Source: a virus. Taken from it: a DNA stretch of 64,000 nt. The notes under the pieces were generated by a model, which did no database searches, was not told where the DNA came from, and saw nothing but the letters and a program-made list of their open reading frames with translations. The position numbers were made by a program, and so were the translations under genes. Below, one piece after another: positions 37,655 through 48,694 of this stretch (position 1 is its first letter; every line of letters starts with the position of its first letter). The stretch lies in IMG/VR virus record IMGVR_UViG_3300029887_000017; one strand, given 5' to 3'.

Positions 37655-38617
37655 ATGGCAAATACATTTAACAGAGAAATCGCAAAAAAAGTCAGAACCG
37701 CACAGGAGGACATTAAAACAGATTTCTGTAAATACTGTGAAGAAAAGGCTTGTGACGGCTGTTTTATTGACGGCATGACAGAGGCATACACTCTAAGAGC
37801 GGAGATTGCTCTGGAACAGAAGAAATTGGATTTCGTTAATCATCTGTTATCAATGACAGGTGATGAAATTTACGACAAATATGGTTTTAAACGAGATGAG
37901 ACTATTATTAGCACCGCTGTTTTCCCGGATGGAATGCAGGCTGATATTAAGATTGTTATCTGTGATGGAGAAAATAAACCTTACACAGAGGCTGTTCTTT
38001 TTGACAAGAACGGTTTTCAGAAAGCGTATACCGATCCGGAAGATGAGTATACAGGTGACTGGGAACTTGAATATGACGATGTTAATTATGTTGTCACTGT
38101 TAAAGTAAAGGAACCAGTTGGTTACAGGTCTGATGGCATCTTTAACGATGGTTACAGGAATGCTGTAGATGTCATGACTCATGAGATTTTTGAGCTGTGG
38201 AACGCAGACATTCTTGACACTCTTGCTGATAGTATTTTAAAGGATACTGATATAGTAGAAGATGTGATACATCTGTCAGATGACCTGCAATTTTCAAAAA
38301 CTTCGTATTTTGCAGATATTTTTGAAGAAAAGGATAAGTCTGTTGCAGAAGAGAAAAAAAAGGCTTTTGTCAGAAGAATCCTTGATACGGTGAAAGAAAA
38401 GACTGGGAAAGACATCAAGTATGTTCTGTGGCTTTCTGACAGTGTTGATGATGTTATCGCCGAATACGAGCTTAATGACCCCATTACGGAGTTTGACGAG
38501 TATCCGACTGCGAACAGCATTGTTTTATCGGACATCGGCAGGGGCGGTAAGCTCTTTGGCTATGAGAAATTGCCTGCAGAAATAAGAATTGTTGACAGGC
38601 AGATGAAAACAATCTGA
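37655..38617 (+). CDS. hypothetical protein (320 aa)
   Basis: ORF behind attaaggaggaacaaaaaATATTATG. Confidence 0.6.
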   Translation: MANTFNREIAKKVRTAQEDIKTDFCKYCEEKACDGCFIDGMTEAYTLRAEIALEQKKLDFVNHLLSMTGDEIYDKYGFKRDETIISTAVFPDGMQADIKIVICDGENKPYTEAVLFDKNGFQKAYTDPEDEYTGDWELEYDDVNYVVTVKVKEPVGYRSDGIFNDGYRNAVDVMTHEIFELWNADILDTLADSILKDTDIVEDVIHLSDDLQFSKTSYFADIFEEKDKSVAEEKKKAFVRRILDTVKEKTGKDIKYVLWLSDSVDDVIAEYELNDPITEFDEYPTANSIVLSDIGRGGKLFGYEKLPAEIRIVDRQMKTI

Positions 38618-38741
38618 AAAAATCATAATAAAAAAGAGGCATCGCAAAAGCGGTGTCTTTTTTTGTGCATGCCTTCGATATACAACTTTCTGACATACTT
38701 TTCATGTAACAAAAAATAAAGAAAAGTGGAGGAAAGCAATA

Positions 38742-39653
38742 ATGAAAGCAAAAGCTATGTTAAAAGCACTTAAAAACATGAGAGAGGACGCGATTATCTG
38801 CTTTGGTGCAGGACATAAACCAAACTGGGTTCGCGGTTTTGCACAATTCTCTCAGGACGACAAAACACTGTATCTGATGGATGAAACACCAGGAGTACAA
38901 GGAATGAAGATTACTGTGGAAATTTTACGTGACGTGCTTGAACAGGGGCGTAATGATGCAGTCGTAAAGACTTTCGATAATCTTGAAGTACTTTTCATGA
39001 CTTCTCATGCAGCAGGCCATCTTGTATACGTTGAAACAGAGGCAGATATTGACATGCCATCCAAGCTCAAAGAAATCTGGGACAATGCTGTTACCGAAGG
39101 ATTAGATGAGGATACTGTATACTTAGAACTTCTCGACAGAGGAATTACACCAGAAGTCGTAAAGAAATATGACAGCAGAGAACATGGGCTGCATATGGCA
39201 AAGTACTGTGTTGAACACGGACTGATGTCTGAAGATGAGCTTTCTTTTGATGATTTTGTTGTCATAGTGACTATATCCGGTTCAAAAGGGGAAGAACGGA
39301 AAATGTTCCAGAGAACTGATAGAAACGGTATTTTCACAGAGTTGCTAAGCTTGACAGGATTAAGTGGATTTTCAAAAGAAGCTGCAGCCTCAATAACATG
39401 TCCTGAGTCAGAACCGGGTATGTGGGGCGCAGTACGCGGTCATACCAGGGTATCGGTTACTATCGTTCCAGTGTGGGCGGCAGAGAATATTGTCAGAAAA
39501 AAGAAAGAGTTCATCGTTCATGCAGTCAATCATGGTACTGCAAAGGTCATGGCCTGCTCGGAAGCAGAGGCTCTTAATATGGCAAACAGCTTAAGCAGTG
39601 ACATGTTTGACTGGAAAAGCGAGCTGGAAGTTGTTGAGGTTAAAGAATCTTAA
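38742..39653 (+). CDS. hypothetical protein (303 aa)
   Basis: behind promoter cassette 38685-38725. Confidence 0.6.
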   Translation: MKAKAMLKALKNMREDAIICFGAGHKPNWVRGFAQFSQDDKTLYLMDETPGVQGMKITVEILRDVLEQGRNDAVVKTFDNLEVLFMTSHAAGHLVYVETEADIDMPSKLKEIWDNAVTEGLDEDTVYLELLDRGITPEVVKKYDSREHGLHMAKYCVEHGLMSEDELSFDDFVVIVTISGSKGEERKMFQRTDRNGIFTELLSLTGLSGFSKEAAASITCPESEPGMWGAVRGHTRVSVTIVPVWAAENIVRKKKEFIVHAVNHGTAKVMACSEAEALNMANSLSSDMFDWKSELEVVEVKES

Positions 39654-39770
39654 CCATGCTTTTGACAAAAAAGAGACTGGAGGCGGTCTCTTTTTTATAT
39701 GGAAAGCAATACACGAGTATAAAATCTTTCATACTTATTATAGACAAGAAAGAAAAAGAGGGGAAAATAT

Positions 39771-40757
39771 ATGAACAACGAGATCAAATTGAGACAGCGG
39801 TTCTGCAAGGACTGCGATATTCCTGTTAACATATTCGATGAACCATACTTTTCAGACAGACTCAAACTGTTTGATTTTCTGTATGATTCTGTAAGCAAAT
39901 GGGATTTATTTAAGAATGAACTTACAAAGTATGACAGTGCTATGGATTATTTTGCTGACTATAGTCGCATAAAGGACGAAGCGATTGAAGCTGTAAGGAG
40001 TACAGAAGGTTTTCAGCTTTTCACCGCTTATGGTATCAATGATTTTTCAATAAAAAACAAAGGGCTCCCGGTAAGCAAGATATACAAACCTGAAAATAAC
40101 GGCAGAGTGTTCTTAAGCATTGATATGAAAAAGGCTAATTTTTCAGCGCTACGCGAATACCGTGATGATATATTTGGCGGATCCAATACATGGGAAGAAT
40201 TTATCAGTAGGTTTACTGATAATAAGCACATCATAAACAGCAAGTACATTCGTCAGGTTATCATGGGCAATCTTAATCCGAAGAGACAGACTGCTTACGA
40301 AAAGGTTCTTATGGATAAACTGCTGACAGATATTCTGCATGCAAAAGTTATTGGCAAAGAGAATGTGGCGGCATTTCTTGCTGATGAAATTATCTTTGAT
40401 GTGACTGATCTGGAAAACAGGCGTGAAGTAATAGCTGACATATATAAAATATCCGGTCAGGTGTCATATATGAACACGGAAGTTTTTTCTCTGCATAAGA
40501 TTTATGGATACTGTGTTGACGGCTACATCAAGAATGTTTATTCAATGGACAATGCAGGCTGCAGCATAAAGGTTAAGTGTGTTGACAAAGACATGATGGC
40601 ATTCGTTGCAAGATATCTGTTAAAGGAACCTGTTACGGATTCAGACAGGACGTTCTATTGCAATGGACTGCTTGCGAAGTTTGAACAGGTGCCGGAGATT
40701 ACAACCGACCTGAAGTTTGATAACAAAATGATAATAGCTGACAGAATTTTCTTGTAA
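39771..40757 (+). CDS. hypothetical protein (328 aa)
   Basis: behind promoter cassette 39690-39745. Confidence 0.6.
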   Translation: MNNEIKLRQRFCKDCDIPVNIFDEPYFSDRLKLFDFLYDSVSKWDLFKNELTKYDSAMDYFADYSRIKDEAIEAVRSTEGFQLFTAYGINDFSIKNKGLPVSKIYKPENNGRVFLSIDMKKANFSALREYRDDIFGGSNTWEEFISRFTDNKHIINSKYIRQVIMGNLNPKRQTAYEKVLMDKLLTDILHAKVIGKENVAAFLADEIIFDVTDLENRREVIADIYKISGQVSYMNTEVFSLHKIYGYCVDGYIKNVYSMDNAGCSIKVKCVDKDMMAFVARYLLKEPVTDSDRTFYCNGLLAKFEQVPEITTDLKFDNKMIIADRIFL

Positions 40758-40775
40758 AATGGAGGTAATAAAAAT

Positions 40776-41099
40776 ATGTTATATCAACTAAGAACGGGTG
40801 ATGTCATTCTTTGTGAAAACAAAAAATTAAATCAAGCAAATGCTTATCTAATTGTATATGATATAGATAATGGGTTTGGACTATGGTGTCTTGGATGTGG
40901 CGAAGCCCTTGGATTTTATGGCGATGACATTGAACAGATGAGAGCAGATATCTTAGATAAAGATTTTCTAAACGTTCAATCGGTTATCCCAAAAGAACTG
41001 ATTAGTAACTATTTGAACAGTCAGTGTAAACTTGCATTCCCAGTTAAAGCGCATGATGGATTCAATAAATTAAATATTGTAATAGAGTTAGGAGAATAA
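40776..41099 (+). CDS. hypothetical protein (107 aa) flanked by duplicated 3' end of upstream gene
   Basis: aatggaggtaataaaaatATG; 55-bp duplication 40671-40727 / 41132-41186. Confidence 0.5.
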   Translation: MLYQLRTGDVILCENKKLNQANAYLIVYDIDNGFGLWCLGCGEALGFYGDDIEQMRADILDKDFLNVQSVIPKELISNYLNSQCKLAFPVKAHDGFNKLNIVIELGE

Positions 41100-41223
41100 A
41101 TCATTTGAAGACAAGGGAAATATATAACTTACTTGCGAAGTTTGAGCAGGTTTCTGAGATTGCAACTAACCTGAAGTTTGATAACATTAAGTAAATCAAT
41201 TAAATCAGATAGGAGGATTAACA

Positions 41224-41433
41224 GTGAGAATGCTCAAAACAGTAATAATAATTGCAATGGTTGCAAATGTTTTAATGTTTGCTACGAACGCGATACAAAC
41301 GAAGACTGCTCATGCTGACCTCGATAGCGATCAGATGCATTACTCAATTCGTTTGTGCGTTAAGAATGTCATGTTATTAATTGAACTGGGATTAATTATA
41401 TACATAATTATGTATTATAACATTCAGTTGTAA
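41224..41433 (+). CDS. small membrane protein (69 aa, GTG start)
   Basis: ataggaggattaacaGTG. Confidence 0.4.
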   Translation: MRMLKTVIIIAMVANVLMFATNAIQTKTAHADLDSDQMHYSIRLCVKNVMLLIELGLIIYIIMYYNIQL

Positions 41434-41599
41434 AAACATGCGGGAGAAAATGTTCGTGAGAACCGTATGAAAGGACATTGTAAAGGACTGTATTGATAAA
41501 TGCGTTGAGATGGAATGGTGGTAAAGACATTGTAACTCAAAAACAAAAAGCACTGTATGAATGTCGTGCATGAATATACAAAACAAAGGAGAATGAATT

Positions 41600-42244
41600 A
41601 TGCTGAAAAAATACTTACAATTTTTAATTGACTCATTTGAAAAACTTACTTCCCTTGGTGGAAGCAACAGTACATGGAACGACTATTTCCTTACTGTTGG
41701 AAACGAGCTTTTAGTTATTCTTATTGGGCTGGCTTACATTATAGCTATATTTCTCATTATTTATATTCCGATTTTCGGGAATAAAAAGCTGATACGAGGA
41801 ATAAGAAAGAAAGATAATTGGTACAGATTTTACAACCTGTATGAAAAATATACCGAGGCGGTATTAAAGATCAAGTCTATCGTAGACTGTCAGATTCAAT
41901 ATGATAATTATGCATACAATGATTATCTCAACAAAGAATTAATTGAAGCATTGAATAAGTTCGGAATTCAGATTTCAGGAATAAACTTTAAAAATGGTGA
42001 CAGGTTTGATAAAGATCTGTTAAATAATACTCTTAAACAGTTTAATCTTCAAAACTGCCTGTTAATGGAAGAAATTCCAAAATACAAATGGGATAACTGT
42101 GGAGTGTTTGCTGAATTCAATATTCTTGGAAAGAATTGGAATAAAGAATTACGTTACAACATTAAATGTGTTGCATCATGTTCCGGATTGCTGCTTATAT
42201 ATGCAGTCTTTGTTGTTCCACTCATTCTTATGCTGTTTAAGTAG
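41600..42244 (+). CDS. membrane protein (214 aa)
   Basis: aaaggagaatgaattATG; TM helices. Confidence 0.55.
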   Translation: MLKKYLQFLIDSFEKLTSLGGSNSTWNDYFLTVGNELLVILIGLAYIIAIFLIIYIPIFGNKKLIRGIRKKDNWYRFYNLYEKYTEAVLKIKSIVDCQIQYDNYAYNDYLNKELIEALNKFGIQISGINFKNGDRFDKDLLNNTLKQFNLQNCLLMEEIPKYKWDNCGVFAEFNILGKNWNKELRYNIKCVASCSGLLLIYAVFVVPLILMLFK

Positions 42245-42337
42245 GAGACTATAAAGTCCACCACATCCGCAGGTTTTGCCCTGCGGGTGATTTCTGATGA
42301 AGTGATTTGCAGAAGACAGAATTCAGAGGAGAAAATT

Positions 42338-42949
42338 ATGCAGATACGAAAGAAATTCAAGTATTCAAAAGATAATAATGGTCAGATAAATATAATATAC
42401 AACATTCCTGACGAGGTATATGCCGACACAAGAATCAAAGGTATGCCATTTGCAAAGCTGAAAGTTGGTTATCCTACATTATTTAAAATATGTGAACTTT
42501 TATATAATTATGACGTTCTTATGGCAATAATAACTGTATTGGCTGCCATAGAAATGGTTGCAATTATTATGGAGCTGCTCATGCATTTTTGTGTTAGACA
42601 TATCGGTATGTCGAAAATGATTATGACTGTTACACTCTTTCTGACCATTGTGTTTTTGATATTTATTCAGTGCTGGCTTGATAAGATGTTTGAAAAATCA
42701 GAACCGTACTATATCAGAGCAGAGCTCTTTAAAGCTATCGTTTATGATGAAACAAGAATATATCCCGGCTATAGCAACAAAAGGAAGAAAGTCACAGATA
42801 TAGAAATTGACTGCGACGAAAATCCTTATAGCTGCAGCGATTATATCCATTGTCAGTTTTCGACACCTTTCAAAAATGGAGAATCGTGCACTGTTGAGTT
42901 TTGGTTTGCGGATGATTTGAAGTATGAAACGATTATCAAGAGGAAGTAG
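42338..42949 (+). CDS. membrane protein (203 aa)
   Basis: start set behind cagaggagaaaattATG. Confidence 0.5.
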   Translation: MQIRKKFKYSKDNNGQINIIYNIPDEVYADTRIKGMPFAKLKVGYPTLFKICELLYNYDVLMAIITVLAAIEMVAIIMELLMHFCVRHIGMSKMIMTVTLFLTIVFLIFIQCWLDKMFEKSEPYYIRAELFKAIVYDETRIYPGYSNKRKKVTDIEIDCDENPYSCSDYIHCQFSTPFKNGESCTVEFWFADDLKYETIIKRK

Positions 42950-43058
42950 CTATGGAAATCACGAAAAAGTCTACTAATTTTAGGACAAAACTGTGATTTC
43001 AGGTACTATATATATAACAATAAATAATGTTAACCCGATCATTTTAGAGGAGACAAAG

Positions 43059-43466
43059 ATGTATAATATATATTCTGTTTTTAGAAACTTATTCATTTTG
43101 ACGCTTATTGTACTTTTGTTATCATTTGTACTTTTATGTGTAGACAAAAAAATAGTTAAGAACAAAAAAATATATAAATTCATAGATAAGTTTCAAAATG
43201 CAGTTTCTATCATTTGTATAATAAGCTTATTTGTATTTATCATATCATTAATGGGATTTGCTGTTTCTGATGGAATGGTTTCTCTTAAAATAAAAAATAC
43301 AATGGCTAATTATTTTAATACTGATGTAAAACTACATTACAATCAATTAATTGTGGATGGAGATGAATATTATGAATATAAGTATGATGATAAAAAGGAT
43401 GAAATAATCTTAGATAAGATTAATTCCGATAAAAAGATAGTAATAAAGGATGTTTTTGGAAAATAA
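43059..43466 (+). CDS. membrane protein (135 aa)
   Basis: start set behind ttagaggagacaaagATG. Confidence 0.5.
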   Translation: MYNIYSVFRNLFILTLIVLLLSFVLLCVDKKIVKNKKIYKFIDKFQNAVSIICIISLFVFIISLMGFAVSDGMVSLKIKNTMANYFNTDVKLHYNQLIVDGDEYYEYKYDDKKDEIILDKINSDKKIVIKDVFGK

Positions 43467-43652
43467 TCTGTTGCAATATTCGAAAAGAAAGTTAGATGTT
43501 AGTAACAAAGAAATGAAAATCAATTCAAAATAGGAGGACATGTAAAAAGATACATAATTTGTCAAAGATATTTATTGATTATAGGAATTCCAACTGGACA
43601 ATAGGTATATTAATTGGGTTCTTTGTGGTTATGAAGGGAGAAAATTAAAATT

Positions 43653-44180
43653 ATGAAAAATAAATATCAGAAGTTACATAGAATTGTAATCGGAAAAACC
43701 GGCAGTGGAAAGTCATTTTATATTTTATCAAATGTAAAAGAAGATAATAAAATAAATATTATTTGTTATCCAGAAGCAATAGGCACTTATGGAGATGTTT
43801 ATAGAAAGGCATTTCCAGGGATATTTTTAAAATATAGACAAGATGTTATAACTGCAATACCACAACATATAACAAGCATTAATGAAAATACATTATTAAA
43901 ATGTAATCATCATTATAGTCCAAATATATTTAAGTTTATTGAGTGGGCTAAACAATATGGTGAAGATTTAAGCAGGTATCGTTTTGTTTTCCTTGACAGT
44001 TTATGGAATCAGTTAAATCAGGCTGATAAAATTAAGTATTTCTTGTTGTTGTCAGAACTTAATACAGAAATAGTCATTGAAATGGGCGGACTGGATGAGT
44101 TATTGGAAATGACAATCCGTGATTATAATTCAAAAATAATAAACAACTATTGGACCATTTTAGAAAAGGAGTGCTCATAA
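43653..44180 (+). CDS. P-loop NTPase (175 aa)
   Basis: Walker A IVIGKTGSGKS. Confidence 0.6.
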   Translation: MKNKYQKLHRIVIGKTGSGKSFYILSNVKEDNKINIICYPEAIGTYGDVYRKAFPGIFLKYRQDVITAIPQHITSINENTLLKCNHHYSPNIFKFIEWAKQYGEDLSRYRFVFLDSLWNQLNQADKIKYFLLLSELNTEIVIEMGGLDELLEMTIRDYNSKIINNYWTILEKECS

Positions 44181-44181
44181 A

Positions 44182-44469
44182 ATGAAATGTAACAAGTGCA
44201 ATAATGCAAATGTCTGCTTAGAACATATTGAATTCCCTAGTTTGAGTGGGTGTGCGAGTGGAATACCAGACCGCAAAGCACCTACTAACGCTGATAAAAT
44301 AAGGAGCATGTCGGATGAGGGGTTAGCAGAATGGATTACGAACATATGCGATATTGAAAGGCACGAAAAGCTCTATAAGTCAATTTATAACCTTGATACA
44401 GAACAGGAAGAAGAAATCCGTGACAGTTATGGAGATTTATTAAAATGGCTTCAATCAAAAGCAGAATAG
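44182..44469 (+). CDS. hypothetical protein (95 aa)
   Basis: ORF. Confidence 0.45.
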   Translation: MKCNKCNNANVCLEHIEFPSLSGCASGIPDRKAPTNADKIRSMSDEGLAEWITNICDIERHEKLYKSIYNLDTEQEEEIRDSYGDLLKWLQSKAE

Positions 44470-44477
44470 GAGAGAGT

Positions 44478-44918
44478 ATGGAAGATAGATACTTATGTTT
44501 ATGTAAAGCAAAGAGACTTAACGATGGAGAATGGGTTGTTGGCTATATTGTGAGATATGGACATACGGGGAAAGAAAAATACTATATAATTCCAAGCTAT
44601 GCATCTGATTTATATTCTTTTTTAATAGACAAAAATACAATCTGCCGCTGTACAGGACTGAAAGATAAAAATAAGAAATTGATTTGGGAGAATGATATTC
44701 TGCATAATGGAAATTATTTTATTGTTAAATGGAATGCACCTTGTGCAAGATTTGACATTGTATTAAATAATTCACATAACATTCCAATAGGAAAATGGGA
44801 ACCAATGATTTGTGATTGGAAAACCAATGATTTTAAAGAATATAGAAAATCCATTGACTATGAAGTTATCGGCAACATTTTTGACAATACGGAATCAGTA
44901 AGGAGGAACGACGAATGA
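44478..44918 (+). CDS. YopX-family protein (146 aa)
   Basis: CRCTGLKDKNKKLIWENDIL, IGNIFDNTES; paralog of 12748-13176. Confidence 0.7.
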   Translation: MEDRYLCLCKAKRLNDGEWVVGYIVRYGHTGKEKYYIIPSYASDLYSFLIDKNTICRCTGLKDKNKKLIWENDILHNGNYFIVKWNAPCARFDIVLNNSHNIPIGKWEPMICDWKTNDFKEYRKSIDYEVIGNIFDNTESVRRNDE

Positions 44919-45577
44919 GTATAAAACCAATATTGTTTAATACAGAGACGGTCCAGGCGATTCTGGATGGGAGAAAGAGCTGTACAAGAAGAATTGTAAA
45001 ACCGCAACAGTTTGTAGGAATGTTGCCGGATAAATGCAAAAACAAAGTACCGGAAGAATTTCTGAAAGAAAAGAAATTCATGTTCAAACCATACTGTGAT
45101 ATGACAGATATAGAACTGATAAATACTGCATACAAAGCCCCATATCAGCTGGGAGATATCTTGTATGTTAGGGAAACATGGCACAAATATAACAAGCGAG
45201 TGGGTGAAGGTAAAAGTTGTCACATGGAAGAATTTTACGGCTACAAAGCAAGTGTCGCAAACTCTGAAGATGCAAACGAACCATGGAAACCGTCTATCCA
45301 TATGCCGAAAGAAGCGGCACGCATCTGGCTTAAGGTTACGGATGTTAGGGCGGAGCGGTTGCAGGAGATAACCGCAGAAAGTGCTTTATTGGAGGGAACA
45401 GATAAGTATATCCATCTAAATGGCAAATTTGATAAAAACGCTATACTCACATCATTTATGGGTATTTGGAACTCAACCATCAAGAAATCCGACCTTGATC
45501 GCTACGGATGGGATGCGAATCCTTACGTATGGGTGATCGAATTTGAGCGATGCGAAAAGCCGAAAGAAGAAAGATGA
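44915..45577 (+). CDS. PUA/ASCH-like protein (220 aa)
   Basis: KPILFNTETVQAILDGRKSCTRR N-terminus; paralog of 46706-47362. Confidence 0.55.
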   Translation: MSIKPILFNTETVQAILDGRKSCTRRIVKPQQFVGMLPDKCKNKVPEEFLKEKKFMFKPYCDMTDIELINTAYKAPYQLGDILYVRETWHKYNKRVGEGKSCHMEEFYGYKASVANSEDANEPWKPSIHMPKEAARIWLKVTDVRAERLQEITAESALLEGTDKYIHLNGKFDKNAILTSFMGIWNSTIKKSDLDRYGWDANPYVWVIEFERCEKPKEER

Positions 45578-45616
45578 AATGGTTCGGGCAATTCTAAATG
45601 AAAGGAAAAGTTGTAC

Positions 45617-46054
45617 ATGGGTGATATATTAATTGGATTATGTCTTATATTATTAGGGACAGCAGGATTCACTTTTTTGTTACCTTCTCAATGCAAAAAA
45701 GTATGCAAAATTTTTATTTCCATTATTTTATGGAGTCTGTGCATTTCGGGAGGCGTCTTAATTTACAAAGTTTATCAGGATTGCAAAGCTGAAGTTAAAA
45801 AACAGGAAGCTCATTGTGAATATGTCAAGAGTCAAATAGCAGCAGAATATCCTGATGCACTGGATTATTCTACAACAAAATCGCTTTTTGTTTCTGACGA
45901 TTATGATGGTACATTTGAATCTGATGGTGTCAAATATAAATTCAAAGAAACAGAAGATTTGCATGGAAATAAAGTACTAAGCATTATCAGTACCGGGAAG
46001 AAAAATCCTGATACAAAAGTGATCAAAATAGATGATAATTTGGAGACAGACTAA
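45617..46054 (+). CDS. membrane-anchored protein (145 aa)
   Basis: N-terminal TM helices. Confidence 0.5.
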   Translation: MGDILIGLCLILLGTAGFTFLLPSQCKKVCKIFISIILWSLCISGGVLIYKVYQDCKAEVKKQEAHCEYVKSQIAAEYPDALDYSTTKSLFVSDDYDGTFESDGVKYKFKETEDLHGNKVLSIISTGKKNPDTKVIKIDDNLETD

Positions 46055-46146
46055 TGAAAGAGAGGAAAATCATTTTCAAATAATAAAAAAAGGTAGGTAT
46101 ATTGATTTGGTTGGTAACTATAATAGGTCAAGAAAGGAATTTGTAT

Positions 46147-46461
46147 ATGTTTTCGCCAGAATATTTTAGACAAACAAGCCTTTTAAATGGGAAAGAAAAA
46201 TTAATGGGAAATTTAGAAGCGGCTGGACTAATTGAGAATATGGCATTTGAGTGTATCAAAAATGATATAGGCCTTTATGCTGCTCAAGAACAGATAAAGA
46301 CAATCCTTATTGATAAATATGGTACTGAATGGTATGAACGAAACGGAGAAGCAATTAACTATATTGTTGAAAATAAGTATTGTGACAAAGAAAGAGCCAG
46401 AAACCCATTATTTGATAAAGAACAATATAATTTTGATGTGACTCACAGTGTTTTGTATTAA
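46147..46461 (+). CDS. hypothetical protein (104 aa), paralog of 61369-61683
   Basis: shared MxSPxY start and EWYERNGEAINYIVENKY block. Confidence 0.55.
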   Translation: MFSPEYFRQTSLLNGKEKLMGNLEAAGLIENMAFECIKNDIGLYAAQEQIKTILIDKYGTEWYERNGEAINYIVENKYCDKERARNPLFDKEQYNFDVTHSVLY

Positions 46462-46705
46462 AACAGAAATAAATAAAGATAGAGACGGCCAAAGAATGAT
46501 AAAGAGAGTCTGTAGCAGATTCTCTTTTTCTTTGCACTTAGGTAAAAACTTATATAGAAGCCTATAGAAGTTTCTTGAATCTATCATACTCTCAATGTAA
46601 GTAAATAGTTTACTGCAGATGTGAACATGGGTGACGGAACGATGATGAATCATAACTTAATAATAAGCAAAAATGCAATCGAGATTGTGAAAGGCGGTGG
46701 AATAG

Positions 46706-47362
46706 ATGGCAATTAAGCCGATTTTGTTTAACACTGAAATGGTTCAGGCGATTCTGGAAGGTAGAAAGAGTTGCACAAGAAGAATTGTAAAACCACAGCC
46801 GCAGGGCAAATTATGCTACAGGCTCGCAGGCAGTGATTATGGTACATGGGGATATCCGAGCAAAACAGCGCGAGAGATGAATATGAATAACTTTTGTCTT
46901 CCTGAGGATATTACAGATGAGGAATTGAATAGAAGATGGAATCCACCATATCATGCAGATGATATCCTGTATGTCCGGGAGACATGGAAAAAGGCTCCAA
47001 ATGGATATTATTACTACGAGGATTGGCGGAGAGATGATATTGCAGACATTACAAAATGGAAACCATCTATCCACATGCCGAAAGAAGCGGCACGCATCTG
47101 GCTTAAAGTTACGAATGTTAGAATGGAGCGGTTGCAAGAGATTACGGGACTCAGTGTACAGAAAGAAGGAATTGAAGTAGATCCGAAGGAATGCGCTAGT
47201 AAATTTGATTTCATCACTGAATTGTTTCTCTTATTTCAGAGATTGTGGGATTCTACTATCAAGAAATCTGACCTTGATCGTTATGGTTGGGATGCGAATC
47301 CTTATGTTTTCGTGATAGAATTTGAGCGATGTGAAAAGCCAAAAGAAGAAAAGGGAAAATAG
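46706..47362 (+). CDS. PUA/ASCH-like protein (218 aa)
   Basis: KPILFNTEMVQAILEGRKSCTRR; C-terminal SDLDRYGWDANPYV..EFERCEKPKEE shared with 44915-45577. Confidence 0.55.
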   Translation: MAIKPILFNTEMVQAILEGRKSCTRRIVKPQPQGKLCYRLAGSDYGTWGYPSKTAREMNMNNFCLPEDITDEELNRRWNPPYHADDILYVRETWKKAPNGYYYYEDWRRDDIADITKWKPSIHMPKEAARIWLKVTNVRMERLQEITGLSVQKEGIEVDPKECASKFDFITELFLLFQRLWDSTIKKSDLDRYGWDANPYVFVIEFERCEKPKEEKGK

Positions 47363-47532
47363 ATAAAAATTGATGCGCTGACAGGTGAATGTAAAAAATT
47401 CAAAATATTGCGTTTTTTCATTCTGCTACTTTAGCAGTGGGATGAAAGAACGTATTTTTTATATAGAAGGCCATTCATAAAAATCAAATCTATCATACTT
47501 CTCATATAAAAACGAAAGGAGCACTGTATTTT

Positions 47533-47697
47533 ATGGGAGCATTTATTATGCTTGTAATTATAGGACTTGCTGCCATCTGGATTCTACTTTCAAAGCATTT
47601 CGAGCAGATAGGCAGGTCCTTTTCCGGAATGAGTCCTGGAGCCAAAGATGAAGACAAAAAAGAAAGTGAGGAACACGATGTCAAAGAAGAAAGATAA
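47533..47697 (+). CDS. small membrane peptide (54 aa)
   Basis: behind promoter cassette 47455-47515; overlaps next gene start in another frame. Confidence 0.4.
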   Translation: MGAFIMLVIIGLAAIWILLSKHFEQIGRSFSGMSPGAKDEDKKESEEHDVKEER

Positions 47698-48694
47698 GCA
47701 TATTACTTACGATGATCCAAACAACTGGACGTATAATTATGCAGCCAAGCAGGAAAAAGATGATAACGAAAGAGAGGAAATGGCAATGAGTAAAAAGAGT
47801 GCAGGCAGCACGATAAACTGGATTAAAGGAGCGGTCGTATGCACTGTGGTTTTGGTCCTTGTGGTGATATTCATTAATCTGTTAACAGTAAGGGTGCCTG
47901 CGGGATATGCAGCAGTCCAGTATAACATGAACGGAGGCGTGCAGGATAAATCACTTGGTCAGGGATGGCACATTAAGAGTCCGTTTGTTAAGACAACACT
48001 GTATACAGTGGGTTTGGAGCAGTCATATTTAACTGCATCAAAGAAAGGCGACTCTCCATCGGATGAGAGCTTTTCAGCAAGTTCATCTGAAGGTAAGGCC
48101 ATGACGATTGAGCTTACATACAGCTATCAATTCAATCAGGATACCGTAAACAGGGTGTTTACCAGATTTAAAGGTAAATCCGGTATTGAGGTGAGGGATT
48201 CTTTTATCAAACCGAATATTGTTTCATGGACCAAGGAGGTTGTCGCCAAATATAAGGTTTCAGACATTATTGGTTCAAAACGTGAAGAAGTCAACATGGC
48301 TATTACCGATTACCTTGCTGACAAGTTTGCTGATTATAATATCTCAATCTCAAATGTTTCATTGTCAAATGTGGAAGTGGATGAGGATACAAGAAAAGCC
48401 ATTGACGCAAAGATTGCCGCACAGCAGAATGCTGAGACACAGGCAATCCAGAACCAGACTAACATTGACAAAGCAAAAGCTGACGCTGAAGCCAAGGTTA
48501 CAGCTGCTCAGGGTGATGCTGATGCAAAAGTTATTGCAGCGCAGGCAGAAGCTGATGCAAATGCGAAGATTAACAGCTCAATTACTGACCAGTTGATCCG
48601 CATGAAAGAGGCTGAGGCAAGACTCAAACATGGATGGGTAACAGTACAGGGCAGCGACACTGTTGTTACAAAGGATGCTGATTCGGATAAATAA
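47648..48694 (+). CDS. SPFH/band-7 (prohibitin/HflC-like) membrane protein (348 aa)
   Basis: TM helix then GYAAVQYNMNGGV..GWHIKSPF band-7 core and Ala/Gln-rich coiled coil. Confidence 0.7.
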   Translation: MKTKKKVRNTMSKKKDKHITYDDPNNWTYNYAAKQEKDDNEREEMAMSKKSAGSTINWIKGAVVCTVVLVLVVIFINLLTVRVPAGYAAVQYNMNGGVQDKSLGQGWHIKSPFVKTTLYTVGLEQSYLTASKKGDSPSDESFSASSSEGKAMTIELTYSYQFNQDTVNRVFTRFKGKSGIEVRDSFIKPNIVSWTKEVVAKYKVSDIIGSKREEVNMAITDYLADKFADYNISISNVSLSNVEVDEDTRKAIDAKIAAQQNAETQAIQNQTNIDKAKADAEAKVTAAQGDADAKVIAAQAEADANAKINSSITDQLIRMKEAEARLKHGWVTVQGSDTVVTKDADSDK

